Of a stretch of 46,694 bases of DNA, positions 26,005-33,454 are shown piece after piece. This stretch comes from Patescibacteria group bacterium (GTDB lineage: Bacteria > Patescibacteriota > Dojkabacteria > SC72): positions 1 through 46,694 of the forward strand of contig JAHISI010000016.1 of the NCBI GenBank assembly GCA_018818345.1, given 5' to 3'. Each line of letters opens with the position of its first letter. The first letter of the stretch is position 1. The notes under the pieces were generated by a model, which saw nothing but the letters and a program-made list of their open reading frames with translations, did not search any database and was not told the origin of the DNA. Both the position numbers and the translations under genes were made by a program.

Positions 26005-26352
26005 TCAATCTATGGTTACGCTTAAAAGCCTGGTAGCCCGATTGATTCTCTCTACATATAATGTAATGGGAATAACTTTATCATTCTCCTTATCTTCGAT
26101 CTCTGTATGAATTTTTTCACTTCGCGTTGAAAATGGTTCACGGCTTTTGATTGGGAACTTGACGCTATTAAACTTCACGTTCTCATCTCTTTCCATGATA
26201 AAATCACAGAAAGTACCATCACCATTACACGGAATGAGCAATTCAATTTCAGTAAAAAAAAGGAACAGCTTTTTATCTTTCTTTAATACAATCAGACCAG
26301 GATAGCATTTCTCTTCGTTATACTCGTTTCCTTGTACAGTTGTAATACACAT
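26005..26352 (-). CDS. Hypothetical protein
   Basis: 115-aa ORF with an AAGGA SD-like element upstream and its own candidate promoter. No family recognised. Confidence 0.5.
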   Translation of the reverse strand: MCITTVQGNEYNEEKCYPGLIVLKKDKKLFLFFTEIELLIPCNGDGTFCDFIMERDENVKFNSVKFPIKSREPFSTRSEKIHTEIEDKENDKVIPITLYVERINRATRLLSVTID

Positions 26353-26406
26353 TTTTCTTTATCCTTTTTTTATTTGTAATACCCTTAAGAGCAACAAGAC
26401 ACCCAT

Positions 26407-26435
26407 ATTATATCCCATAGAGTGTATGTCGTAAA
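26407..26435 (-). promoter_or_regulatory. Candidate promoter of the orphan gene pair
   Basis: Minus strand: TTTACG, 17-nt spacer, TATAAT, located between the rplA terminator and the 115-aa ORF. Confidence 0.45.
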
Positions 26436-26445
26436 GGTATGTATA

Positions 26446-26472
26446 AACAAAAAGACCCCCTTACGGAGGTCT
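26446..26472 (-). terminator. Intrinsic terminator after rplA
   Basis: Minus strand: AGACCTCC-GTAA-GGGGGTCT (8 bp including one G-U) followed by TTTTGTTT, about 25 nt after the rplA stop. Confidence 0.75.
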
Positions 26473-26496
26473 TTCAATTACAATATGTTATATCTA

Positions 26497-27183
26497 CTAT
26501 GCTTTAGAGTAGGCTATCTTAACACTTGCACCCATTGTAGGAGCAAGATGCATCTTCTGTAGAATTTGATCCACAGGTTTGCCTAATACTTCTTCAATAG
26601 AGGTAACACCTGCGTGTACATTTTCTACCAATTTAGCATCATCCATATCCAATTTACCTACATTCATATGTATAACTCCAGAGTCATCACATGCAAATGT
26701 CTGCTTACCCTTTTTGTATTCAGAAACAGCCTTCTCAATATCATCAGTAACTGTACCATTCTTAGGACTTGGCATTAAACCCTTAGGACCTAATTCTTTG
26801 CCAATTACAGCAATCTTAGGCATAACTGCAGGAGTAGCAATAGCTACATCAAATTCAATCTTACCTGCTTTAATATCCTTCATCAATTGCTCCATACCTA
26901 CTAAATCTGCACCAGCAGCTTTAGCAACCTCATCCATATCAGGAGTAGCAAATACTGCAACTCTAACAACCTTGTTACCACTAGCATTAGGAAGTGAGAT
27001 TGCACCTTTTATAGATTTAGGATCTCTATCCTTAGGAACTTTAACATCAACATGTAATTCTAATGTACCTGTGAAGTTAGAGTAGGAGAGGGACTTAACT
27101 TTTTTAACACCTTCTGCAACAGAATATGTTAACTCTCTATCTAATCCCTTTGTTGTCTTAATATATTTTTTTCCTCTTTTCAT
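26497..27183 (-). CDS. rplA: 50S ribosomal protein L1
   Basis: 228 aa with MKRGKKY...FTGTLELHV.L..D.....IKGAISLPN and the MPSPKNGTVT motif. Conserved rplK-rplA order. Confidence 0.97.
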   Translation of the reverse strand: MKRGKKYIKTTKGLDRELTYSVAEGVKKVKSLSYSNFTGTLELHVDVKVPKDRDPKSIKGAISLPNASGNKVVRVAVFATPDMDEVAKAAGADLVGMEQLMKDIKAGKIEFDVAIATPAVMPKIAVIGKELGPKGLMPSPKNGTVTDDIEKAVSEYKKGKQTFACDDSGVIHMNVGKLDMDDAKLVENVHAGVTSIEEVLGKPVDQILQKMHLAPTMGASVKIAYSKA

Positions 27184-27202
27184 ATTTGTATATCGCTTGT
27201 AA

Positions 27203-27628
27203 TTAAAGTTCTACTTCTACACCCATCTGTTTTGCAGTACCAGCAATAATCTTTGCTGCTTGCTCTGGGTCTGATGTATTTAAATCTGGCATCTTTACTT
27301 CAACAATCTTCAAAACTTGCTCTTTAGTAAGTTTTCCAACTTTATCTAAGTTTGGTCTTGCTGAACCTAATTTGATATGTAATTCTCTTCTAATCAATTC
27401 AGATGTAGGAGGAGTCTTTAATTCAAATCCAAATGTTCTGTCTTCGTAGATTGTTAAGATTACAGGAGTTAAGATACCATCATTCTCTCTTGTTTTCTCA
27501 TTAAACTGTGCACAGAAATCCTGAGCGTTAATACCGTAAGGAGCAAGAGTTGGACCTATTGGAGGTGCCATGGTTGCCTTACCTGCTGGTATCGTTATCT
27601 TAATTATTTTTTTTACTATTTTTGCCAT
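27203..27628 (-). CDS. rplK: 50S ribosomal protein L11
   Basis: 141 aa with IKITIPAGKATMAPPIGPTLAPYGIN and the typical L11 N-terminal Pro-rich motif. Confidence 0.97.
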   Translation of the reverse strand: MAKIVKKIIKITIPAGKATMAPPIGPTLAPYGINAQDFCAQFNEKTRENDGILTPVILTIYEDRTFGFELKTPPTSELIRRELHIKLGSARPNLDKVGKLTKEQVLKIVEVKMPDLNTSDPEQAAKIIAGTAKQMGVEVEL

Positions 27629-27644
27629 ATCAATATATATTTAA

Positions 27645-28250
27645 CTAAAGTTTACTTACCTGTGTAAGATCTAATTCAACAGGTGCTTCTCTACCTAGGA
27701 AAGAAATGAGGACTGTGATCTTTCCTTTAGCAGTATCAATATCCTGTACACTTCCAATGAAGTCTGCAAATGCTCCTTCAGCAATCTTAACAGCCTCACC
27801 AACACTAAATGATGTTTGGAATGAAGGAGTCTCGACTTCCATGAATTTTGTAATTGCTCTTACTTCTGATTCAGGGAGAGGTTTTGGATATTTTTCTGTC
27901 TTAACGAAGCCTCTTACACCTTCTGTATTCTTTACCAAATCCCATGTTCTTGTATCCAATTCCATCTTTACTAATACATATCCAGGAAATATCTTCTCTT
28001 CTTTAACTTCTTGTTTACCTTTTTTAACGAAGATTTTCTTCTGAGTAGGGACTAATATATCAACAATTCTATCTTCCATACCTGTAGCTTCAATTCTCTG
28101 CTTCAATTCCTTTTGAATACTGTTCTCGTATCCAGTTCTGATGTTTAATACATACCACTTTGCATTTGGATTTTCTTTCTTTACAGCCTCTTTAGGTGTT
28201 TTTACTACCTTTGCTTTCACTTCTTTTTTTACTTCTACTTCTTTTGTCAT
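27645..28250 (-). CDS. nusG: Transcription termination/antitermination factor NusG
   Basis: 201 aa with a Lys-rich N-terminal extension. The NGN domain starts at KWYVLNIRTGYEN, and a C-terminal KOW motif is present (FSVGEAVKIAEGAFADFIGSV). secE-nusG-rplK order. Confidence 0.95.
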   Translation of the reverse strand: MTKEVEVKKEVKAKVVKTPKEAVKKENPNAKWYVLNIRTGYENSIQKELKQRIEATGMEDRIVDILVPTQKKIFVKKGKQEVKEEKIFPGYVLVKMELDTRTWDLVKNTEGVRGFVKTEKYPKPLPESEVRAITKFMEVETPSFQTSFSVGEAVKIAEGAFADFIGSVQDIDTAKGKITVLISFLGREAPVELDLTQVSKL

Positions 28251-28260
28251 GTGTTTTTAG

Positions 28261-28440
28261 TTAAACATTAAGAAACCAGTCTCTAATTTTGTAGAGTCCT
28301 AGGTCTAAACCAAGAATTAACAGGGTGATTATACCACATATGATTAATGTATATATGGTCATTATTAATACCTGTTTCCATGTAGGCCACTTGGTTTTCT
28401 TTAATTCACTTATTATATTTTTAAATATGTTGTTTTTCAT
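28261..28440 (-). CDS. secE: Preprotein translocase subunit SecE
   Basis: 59 aa starting at MKNNIFKN. It has the ELKKTKWPT motif and a single TM helix. The longer 83-aa track ORF runs into the tRNA-Trp gene and is rejected. Confidence 0.85.
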   Translation of the reverse strand: MKNNIFKNIISELKKTKWPTWKQVLIMTIYTLIICGIITLLILGLDLGLYKIRDWFLNV

Positions 28441-28451
28441 TTTTGTATTTC

Positions 28452-28528
28452 TGGCAGGCCCACCCTGATTCGAACAGGGAATAACGGTTTTGGAGACCGC
28501 TGTTTGAACCAATTGAAACTATGGGCCC
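28452..28528 (-). tRNA. tRNA-Trp (anticodon CCA)
   Basis: Hand-folded 77 nt. Acceptor GGGCCCA/TGGGCCT (G1-U72), anticodon stem GCGGT/ACCGT, loop CTCCAAA, T arm CCCTG-TTCGAAT-CAGGG, encoded CCA. Classical position upstream of secE. Confidence 0.9.
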
Positions 28529-28548
28529 GTAATTAATTCAAAGAGCGA

Positions 28549-28713
28549 CTACTTAACCTTTGTTTCCTTGTGTTCTGTATGTTTTTGGCATACTGCACAG
28601 TATTTGTTAACTACCATTTTTTCTTTCATATTCTTTGTTTTGTAGTCAGTGTAGTTCTTGCTATCACATGTTGTACATTTCAAAGCGATGATATCTCTTT
28701 TAACTTTTGCCAT
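28549..28713 (-). CDS. rpmG: 50S ribosomal protein L33
   Basis: Not in the ORF track (54 aa). My translation is MAKVKRDIIALKCTTCDSKNYTDYKTKNMKEKMVVNKYCAVCQKHTEHKETKVK. It has the two CxxC pairs and the L33 pattern. Confidence 0.9.
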   Translation of the reverse strand: MAKVKRDIIALKCTTCDSKNYTDYKTKNMKEKMVVNKYCAVCQKHTEHKETKVK

Positions 28714-28760
28714 TTTGTTTGGGAATCAAATTAAGAATATATATTGGGAAATATACGCGT

Positions 28761-28789
28761 ATTATATTGGAAATTAGCATAGAGGTCAA
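28761..28789 (-). promoter_or_regulatory. Candidate promoter of rpmG-tRNA-Trp-secE-nusG-rplKA
   Basis: Minus strand: TTGACC, 17-nt spacer, TATAAT, about 48 nt upstream of the rpmG start. Confidence 0.6.
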
Positions 28790-29010
28790 ATGGTTTGTGA
28801 TATAATACCCATAGTTCTTTTACAAAATATTTCTGAGTACAAAGTACTCGAAAACAAGTTATTCTTTCTAGAGGAGGGAAGAGAAGTGAATAGGATCAAA
28901 GAAGGGATTTTAAACGTTGTTTGTTCGGCCTTGTTCCCAATTGCATTCGGAGTTCTTGTGGTTGTCTGCATGTTAGGAGACAGCAGTGGTCCGAAGGTAG
29001 GGGAGAATGG

Positions 29011-29178
29011 ATGACATTCTTCGAATTATTGAAGGAATGTTATAGCTTTTTTGCTAATCCTTTTTATCTTCTGGAGGGCGAAATGAGAAAAGCAATCTGT
29101 ATCTTTGTAATAATAGTTATTGTCGTGTTTCTTCTTATTATGGCCTATCGTGCCGGTGTTTCTCAACTTTTTTCGTAG
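29011..29178 (+). CDS. Possible small single-TM membrane protein
   Basis: 55-aa reading frame from an ATG preceded by AGGGGAGA. It contains one strongly hydrophobic helix (AICIFVIIVIVVFLLIMAY). There is no homology evidence. Confidence 0.3.
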   Translation: MTFFELLKECYSFFANPFYLLEGEMRKAICIFVIIVIVVFLLIMAYRAGVSQLFS

Positions 29179-29188
29179 CTCTGTACCT

Positions 29189-29220
29189 CCAAAGGGGCGT
29201 AATAAAATATGCCCCTTTGG
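29189..29220. terminator. Hairpin between convergent genes (possible bidirectional terminator)
   Basis: CCAAAGGGGC, 12-nt loop, GCCCCTTTGG (10-bp stem), followed by a T-rich tract on the plus strand. Confidence 0.5.
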
Positions 29221-29258
29221 TTGAACTTTTTTATGTACTCAGAAATGTTCTGTAATGT

Positions 29259-29906
29259 TTAGAGATGTTTATTATCTACAAACAACATAATTTTTTGGTT
29301 CTTCACATTGGTGTAGGTCATTACTGAAGAATTTGCTCCCCAAGACAAAGCATTCTTTTTAAGTTTATCTATTTTTTCCTTAGTATAGACAAGAGGATTT
29401 TCGTTGTATGGATCTTTTGCTTGAAAAACTCCTTGATCCTTAATATTCGCGCCTATGGTTCTAACTATTGGGATTGCATTAATAGCAACTTTATTTGCTT
29501 TGAGAGGGTTAATTGCTTTTTGAAAATTAACATTCTCATTAAGATTGTCTAAATACGCATTATGAAATTTTAAAACCCTGATAGTTTGAATTTCATCCGG
29601 TTTTTCTCGATTAGTGGAAGCATACATTAGATAGCTCTGTGATTCATCATTTGGATCTGTTATCCTATTCGCTATGCCTTCAGCAAAATTGTTAACACGG
29701 AACATGAAGTTCTTGTTGTTTCTGTCGGGTTTGAAGTATGTGTCATTTAAACTGGAGACTATTTCGGGAACGAAAGAAAGGTCTTTTTCTGTTGTATCTA
29801 TATATTTAAATTCCGCTTGAGGATATGCCTCACTGAAGATTTCGCGCAAAGTTGTTACTTCTGTGGGTTCATTATTTTCTGTTTGATCAGTTGCTGTTGA
29901 ATTCAT
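29259..29906 (-). CDS. Hypothetical protein
   Basis: 215-aa ORF that is hydrophilic with an acidic N-terminus. No motif recognised. Confidence 0.55.
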   Translation of the reverse strand: MNSTATDQTENNEPTEVTTLREIFSEAYPQAEFKYIDTTEKDLSFVPEIVSSLNDTYFKPDRNNKNFMFRVNNFAEGIANRITDPNDESQSYLMYASTNREKPDEIQTIRVLKFHNAYLDNLNENVNFQKAINPLKANKVAINAIPIVRTIGANIKDQGVFQAKDPYNENPLVYTKEKIDKLKKNALSWGANSSVMTYTNVKNQKIMLFVDNKHL

Positions 29907-29949
29907 ACTATATGATATTTAATAGGTAGCATGAAGTCAATTGAAGAAA

Positions 29950-30026
29950 TGGAGCTGAATCTGAGAGTCGAACTCAGGACCTCATTCTTACCAAGAATGT
30001 GCTCTAACCGTCTGAGCTAATTCAGC
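29950..30026 (-). tRNA. tRNA-Thr (anticodon GGU)
   Basis: Hand-folded 77 nt. Acceptor GCTGAAT/ATTCAGC, anticodon stem CATTC/GAATG, loop TTGGTAA, T arm CTGAG-TTCGACT-CTCAG, encoded CCA. Confidence 0.9.
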
Positions 30027-30047
30027 ATTGGCGAAAATTATACTACA

Positions 30048-30770
30048 TTAATCCTCATCTTTCATCTTAGTAGTTTTTACTAAGAAGAATATCCAAAGTG
30101 GTAATGTCATAATTAATATGCCAATGGCTGTTCCCGGTGCCTCATAGAGAGTTACATCATTAACTCTGTAAAGTAGGTGATTAGCGAGTTGATATATTGC
30201 AGTAGGGATAATGATTACTCCTACAATACTGTAAAGAATCAATGATACAAATGTATATATCTTCTTTAACCATGGAGTATTAGATTTCTTTTCTAATCTA
30301 TTTAACGCAAATTGATGTAAACCAAAAATCATTAGCATAGATACAAAGAATGTCGCTCCAGTTATCAACTCTTGTTTTCTAGTATCTTCTTCAAAACATA
30401 CAACTTGTTCTCCAAATGTCATTGTATTCCCTTCGTAGCAATCAGGTACAATAATATCAGGATCTTTGACCTCTTCCATATATGGATCAGTTGCAGAGTA
30501 GAGGGAGTATGAAAATGGTATCCCAAATGCATATGAAGAACCTGCTTTGAGAAGCATAGTACCTCCGATAACGGAGACCGCGAGGGATATGAAAGAAATT
30601 ACATAGAGATATATTTTGAAAAGCATTCCAACGGTTATATTTAGAGGTTTTGTATTTTTAGAATCCTTGTTCCTGATCAACTGGGTAACGAGATATATTA
30701 CTCCTCCGACCACTAATACAGCTGCAGTAGCAAAGAGAAGCATCATGACAATAGGGAAGATAGTATCCAT
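30048..30770 (-). CDS. Multi-pass membrane protein of unknown function
   Basis: 240-aa ORF with about 5-6 hydrophobic helices and an extracytoplasmic loop carrying Cys residues. No family recognised. Confidence 0.6.
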   Translation of the reverse strand: MDTIFPIVMMLLFATAAVLVVGGVIYLVTQLIRNKDSKNTKPLNITVGMLFKIYLYVISFISLAVSVIGGTMLLKAGSSYAFGIPFSYSLYSATDPYMEEVKDPDIIVPDCYEGNTMTFGEQVVCFEEDTRKQELITGATFFVSMLMIFGLHQFALNRLEKKSNTPWLKKIYTFVSLILYSIVGVIIIPTAIYQLANHLLYRVNDVTLYEAPGTAIGILIMTLPLWIFFLVKTTKMKDED

Positions 30771-30833
30771 ATATAATTGGGCTAAAGTTATATCCTTTGT
30801 TTATTCTAGAACATAAAGGGATATATATCCATA

Positions 30834-30916
30834 TGCAGAGGACAGGATTTGAACCTGTGTAGTCCGAAGACGTTGGATTTACAGTCCAATGCGATTGACC
30901 ACTCCGCCACCTCTGC
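30834..30916 (-). tRNA. tRNA-Tyr (anticodon GUA)
   Basis: Hand-folded 83 nt. Acceptor GCAGAGG/CCTCTGC, anticodon stem TTGGA/TCCAA, loop CTGTAAA, long variable arm (bacterial type), T arm ACAGG-TTCAAAT-CCTGT. Confidence 0.9.
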
Positions 30917-30920
30917 TTAA

Positions 30921-30997
30921 TGGAGCCCAAGGAGAGATTCGGACTCTCGACCTACTGTTTACAAAACAGTTGCTCTGACCAACTGAGCTACTTAGGC
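30921..30997 (-). tRNA. tRNA-Thr (anticodon UGU)
   Basis: Hand-folded 77 nt. Acceptor GCCTAAG/CTTGGGC (one G-U), anticodon stem ACTGT/ACAGT, loop TTTGTAA, T arm GAGAG-TCCGAAT-CTCTC (C at position 55), encoded CCA. Confidence 0.85.
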
Positions 30998-31014
30998 TTA
31001 ACGTCAGTAAGTAT

Positions 31015-31020
31015 ATTATA
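31015..31020 (-). promoter_or_regulatory. Possible -10 box (TATAAT) for the tRNA-Thr/tRNA-Tyr cluster
   Basis: A perfect TATAAT on the minus strand about 18 nt upstream of the tRNA-Thr(UGU) 5' end. No convincing -35. Confidence 0.35.
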
Positions 31021-31109
31021 CTTGAAAAATATATACAACTGTATATATGAGAGTAGGAGGTACTTTTGATGGAGAAACAAAAACAAAAGGGTCCTCTGAA
31101 GACTTAGAG

Positions 31110-31249
31110 AATGCTCTAGTAGGTTAGGATCATAGAGCCCTGTAAAACAGGTGGGATTCCTCAACTCGACTCCACGGAGTCAAGTGATGTGTGGGATCCC
31201 TTATTACGGTTATAGAGCTATGATTTCTATAAATCCCCACTAGAGCATT
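31110..31249. ncRNA. Candidate structured RNA element, unidentified class, strand unresolved
   Basis: An 11-bp perfect closing stem AATGCTCTAGT (31110-31120) / ACTAGAGCATT (31239-31249). Inner helices are ATCATAG/CTATGAT (31130-36 / 31218-24) and CCTGT-AAA-ACAGG. A 9-bp hairpin ACTCGACTCC..GGAGTCAAGT lies at 31163-31184. Confidence 0.35.
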
Positions 31250-31283
31250 TATATTCTATGACGCAAATATATAGTATGCAAAT

Positions 31284-31314
31284 AAGAAAAAGCCTGTAAG
31301 GAAGATTCTACAGG
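31284..31314 (-). terminator. Intrinsic terminator overlapping the stop of the M50 protease gene
   Basis: Minus strand: CCTGTA (including the TAG stop), 10-nt loop, TACAGG, then CTTTTTCTT. Confidence 0.55.
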
Positions 31315-31934
31315 AAACCTAGAAGGGTCAATAGTTTAGTCATCACAAAAGACAGAAAATTCATCGTCCAGGTCGAAAGTGGTGAAATTGGGAGGATAAA
31401 TAAAAGGATAATTATTATGGAGAATTTCTCAAGCTTTTCCCAATAATACCGTATTCTTTTAGGCAATATAGCTCTTACTATCTTATGTCCATCTAATGGA
31501 GGAATAGGGATAAGATTGAAAACTGCCAAAGAAATATTGATTGATGCAAAGACTACCAATATAGTTCCAAATATGAAATTTAAATCAGGTTTGAATACTA
31601 AATTGATAAAACCAGCAAATAGGGCGAGTAGGAGATTAGATACAGGACCAGCTAAAGCTGTTAGCGCAGTATCTACTTCTCGTCTTTCAAAGTTGTATTC
31701 GTTAATGGGTACTGGCTTACTCCATCCAAACCTAAAGAGAATCATAGATATTGCCCCAATAGGGTCGATATGTTTAAGTGGGTTTAATGTAAGCCTACCA
31801 GCTGCTTTTGCAGTAGGGTCTCCAAGCTTGTAAGCTGCCCAACCATGCGCATATTCGTGTACTGTAGAAGCAATAAGGATTGTTGGAACTGCTAAGATAA
31901 TCCAATAAATTGTATCTGAGTTAATACCAAACAT
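31308..31934 (-). CDS. Site-2 protease family (peptidase M50) membrane metalloprotease without PDZ
   Basis: 208 aa, polytopic, with HEYAHGW (HExxH) and NLIPIPPLDGHKI (NxxPxxxLDG). Confidence 0.8.
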   Translation of the reverse strand: MFGINSDTIYWIILAVPTILIASTVHEYAHGWAAYKLGDPTAKAAGRLTLNPLKHIDPIGAISMILFRFGWSKPVPINEYNFERREVDTALTALAGPVSNLLLALFAGFINLVFKPDLNFIFGTILVVFASINISLAVFNLIPIPPLDGHKIVRAILPKRIRYYWEKLEKFSIIIILLFILPISPLSTWTMNFLSFVMTKLLTLLGFL

Positions 31935-32004
31935 AATCTATTATATAATATATGTCACAAAATCTTTGACAATAAAACAGATTTTAGTTTATAATACCTC
32001 CGTT

Positions 32005-32229
32005 ATGTCAAAAGAATGTTTCATTTGTACAAAATCTACGATAGCAGGTCGAAGTATCCAACACAAGCACTCAGTGGGTTGGAGATATAAGGCACCACAC
32101 ACTGTTAGACAGTTTAAACCAAATCTTAGAAGTATAGACTTAGATATTGACGGAGTTGTTAAGAACGTTACAATCTGTATGAAATGCTACAAAAGATTAC
32201 AAAAAGAAGCTAAAGAAAAAAACGCTTAA
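32005..32229 (+). CDS. rpmB: 50S ribosomal protein L28
   Basis: From the ATG at 32005: MSKECFICTKSTIAGRSIQHKHS....RQFKPNL, matching the L28 N-terminal pattern. The track ORF starts earlier at a non-ATG codon. Confidence 0.85.
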   Translation: MSKECFICTKSTIAGRSIQHKHSVGWRYKAPHTVRQFKPNLRSIDLDIDGVVKNVTICMKCYKRLQKEAKEKNA

Positions 32230-32280
32230 TAATAGTAAGCTCGGCTTCTCTCTAAACCATTATCCTATCAATCACTATAC

Positions 32281-32299
32281 GAGCTTTTAGCTCTTTTTT
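32281..32299 (+). terminator. Weak terminator-like hairpin after rpmB
   Basis: GAGCT-TTT-AGCTC followed by TTTTTT. The stem is only 5 bp. Confidence 0.4.
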
Positions 32300-32388
32300 A
32301 ATACAACTATCGGTTTGTGAATTCCCCCTCGTGTTCTCTTTTTTTTAATGATAGAATCAATTAATATCTAGTTGTATACTATCAGTCT

Positions 32389-33444
32389 ATGAAAATTTTT
32401 GATTCCGTTTGGGAACTCTTAACATATGATATCGGAATTGATCTCGGTACTGCAAATACCTTGGTATATATGCGTAACCATGGCATTGTAGTTTCAGAAC
32501 CATCAGTTGTAGCAATTGATAAAAGAACCAAAACAGTACTCGCTGTGGGTAAAGAAGCTAGACAGATGATTGGTAGAACTCCTGCGAATATAGCAGCGGT
32601 TAAACCACTTAAGGATGGTGTAATTTCAGACTTCGATACCACCCAAGCTATGATCCATCATTTCATACACAGAGCTCATTCATACTTTGGAAATTCATTC
32701 AAACTTCCTAGACCAAGAGTAATTGTTGGAGTACCTTCTTCCGTAACTGAAGTAGAACGTCAAGCCGTTATAGATGCTGTAAAAACAGCTGGAGCGAGAG
32801 AAGTATTCATAGTTGAAGAATCAATGGCAGCTGCAATTGGTGCGGGATTACCCGTTGAAGATGCATCTGGAAGTATGATTGTAGATATAGGAGGTGGTAC
32901 TTCAGACATTGCAGTATTCTCACTTGGGGATATTGTTGTAGACAACACATTAAGAATAGCTGGAGATGAAATGGATCAAGATATCGTTAACTATGTTCGA
33001 GAAAAATACAACGTACTAATAGGGGAGCGAAGTGCTGAAGATGTAAAAATTGCCATAGGTTCTGCCATGCCACTCAAAAAAGAAACCAAGATGTCGGTAC
33101 AAGGAAGAGATCTCTTAACAGGACTTCCAAAGACAGTAGAGCTAAGTAGCGTAGAGGTTAGAGAAGCCATTATGACTTCCATATATCAGATAACCGAAGC
33201 AGTTAAAGATGCCATTGAAGATACCCCTCCAGAATTACTAAAAGATTTGTTAACCTCAGGATTACATTTAACCGGTGGAGGTGCATTGATAAAAGGATTG
33301 GATACATTCTGGACAGAAGAATTAAATCTACCTGTAAAGATAGTCGATGATCCACTTTCTGCAGTAGCCAGAGGAACAGCTTTGATGTTAGATCATATAG
33401 AGCTACTTGAAAGAGTCCAGAGATCTTGGAATGAGTTAGTTTAA
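32389..33444 (+). CDS. mreB: Rod-shape protein MreB, paralogue 2 (canonical, linked to mreCD-mrdA)
   Basis: 351 aa with GIDLGTANT, DIGGGTSDIAV and LTGGGALIKGLD. It is followed directly by mreC. Confidence 0.95.
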   Translation: MKIFDSVWELLTYDIGIDLGTANTLVYMRNHGIVVSEPSVVAIDKRTKTVLAVGKEARQMIGRTPANIAAVKPLKDGVISDFDTTQAMIHHFIHRAHSYFGNSFKLPRPRVIVGVPSSVTEVERQAVIDAVKTAGAREVFIVEESMAAAIGAGLPVEDASGSMIVDIGGGTSDIAVFSLGDIVVDNTLRIAGDEMDQDIVNYVREKYNVLIGERSAEDVKIAIGSAMPLKKETKMSVQGRDLLTGLPKTVELSSVEVREAIMTSIYQITEAVKDAIEDTPPELLKDLLTSGLHLTGGGALIKGLDTFWTEELNLPVKIVDDPLSAVARGTALMLDHIELLERVQRSWNELV

Positions 33445-33454
33445 TATATCTACT

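Noticed and set aside
28441-28512. Upstream extension of secE (the 83-aa version).
   Set aside because: It runs through the tRNA-Trp gene. The conserved SecE sequence begins at MKNNIF (28440).
28786-29014. 61-aa (minus) and 74-aa (plus) ORFs upstream of rpmG.
   Set aside because: They overlap each other and the strong rpmG promoter candidate, and they lack SD and homology support. Only the downstream 55-aa frame with an SD and a TM helix is kept, at low confidence.
30658-30930. 90-aa minus-strand ORF.
   Set aside because: It overlaps tRNA-Tyr and the 3' end of tRNA-Thr(UGU) as well as the start of the 240-aa membrane protein gene. There is no coding support.
31000-31307. RNase P RNA, tmRNA or SRP (4.5S) RNA in the 300-nt intergenic region.
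   Set aside because: The universal motifs are not present on either strand. These include GAGGAAAGTCC-type P4 for RNase P, a tRNA-like acceptor/T-arm for tmRNA, and a GNRA-capped helix 8 with the AGCA/GGAA loops for SRP. The structured core of about 140 nt is too short for RNase P. It is retained only as an unclassified candidate.
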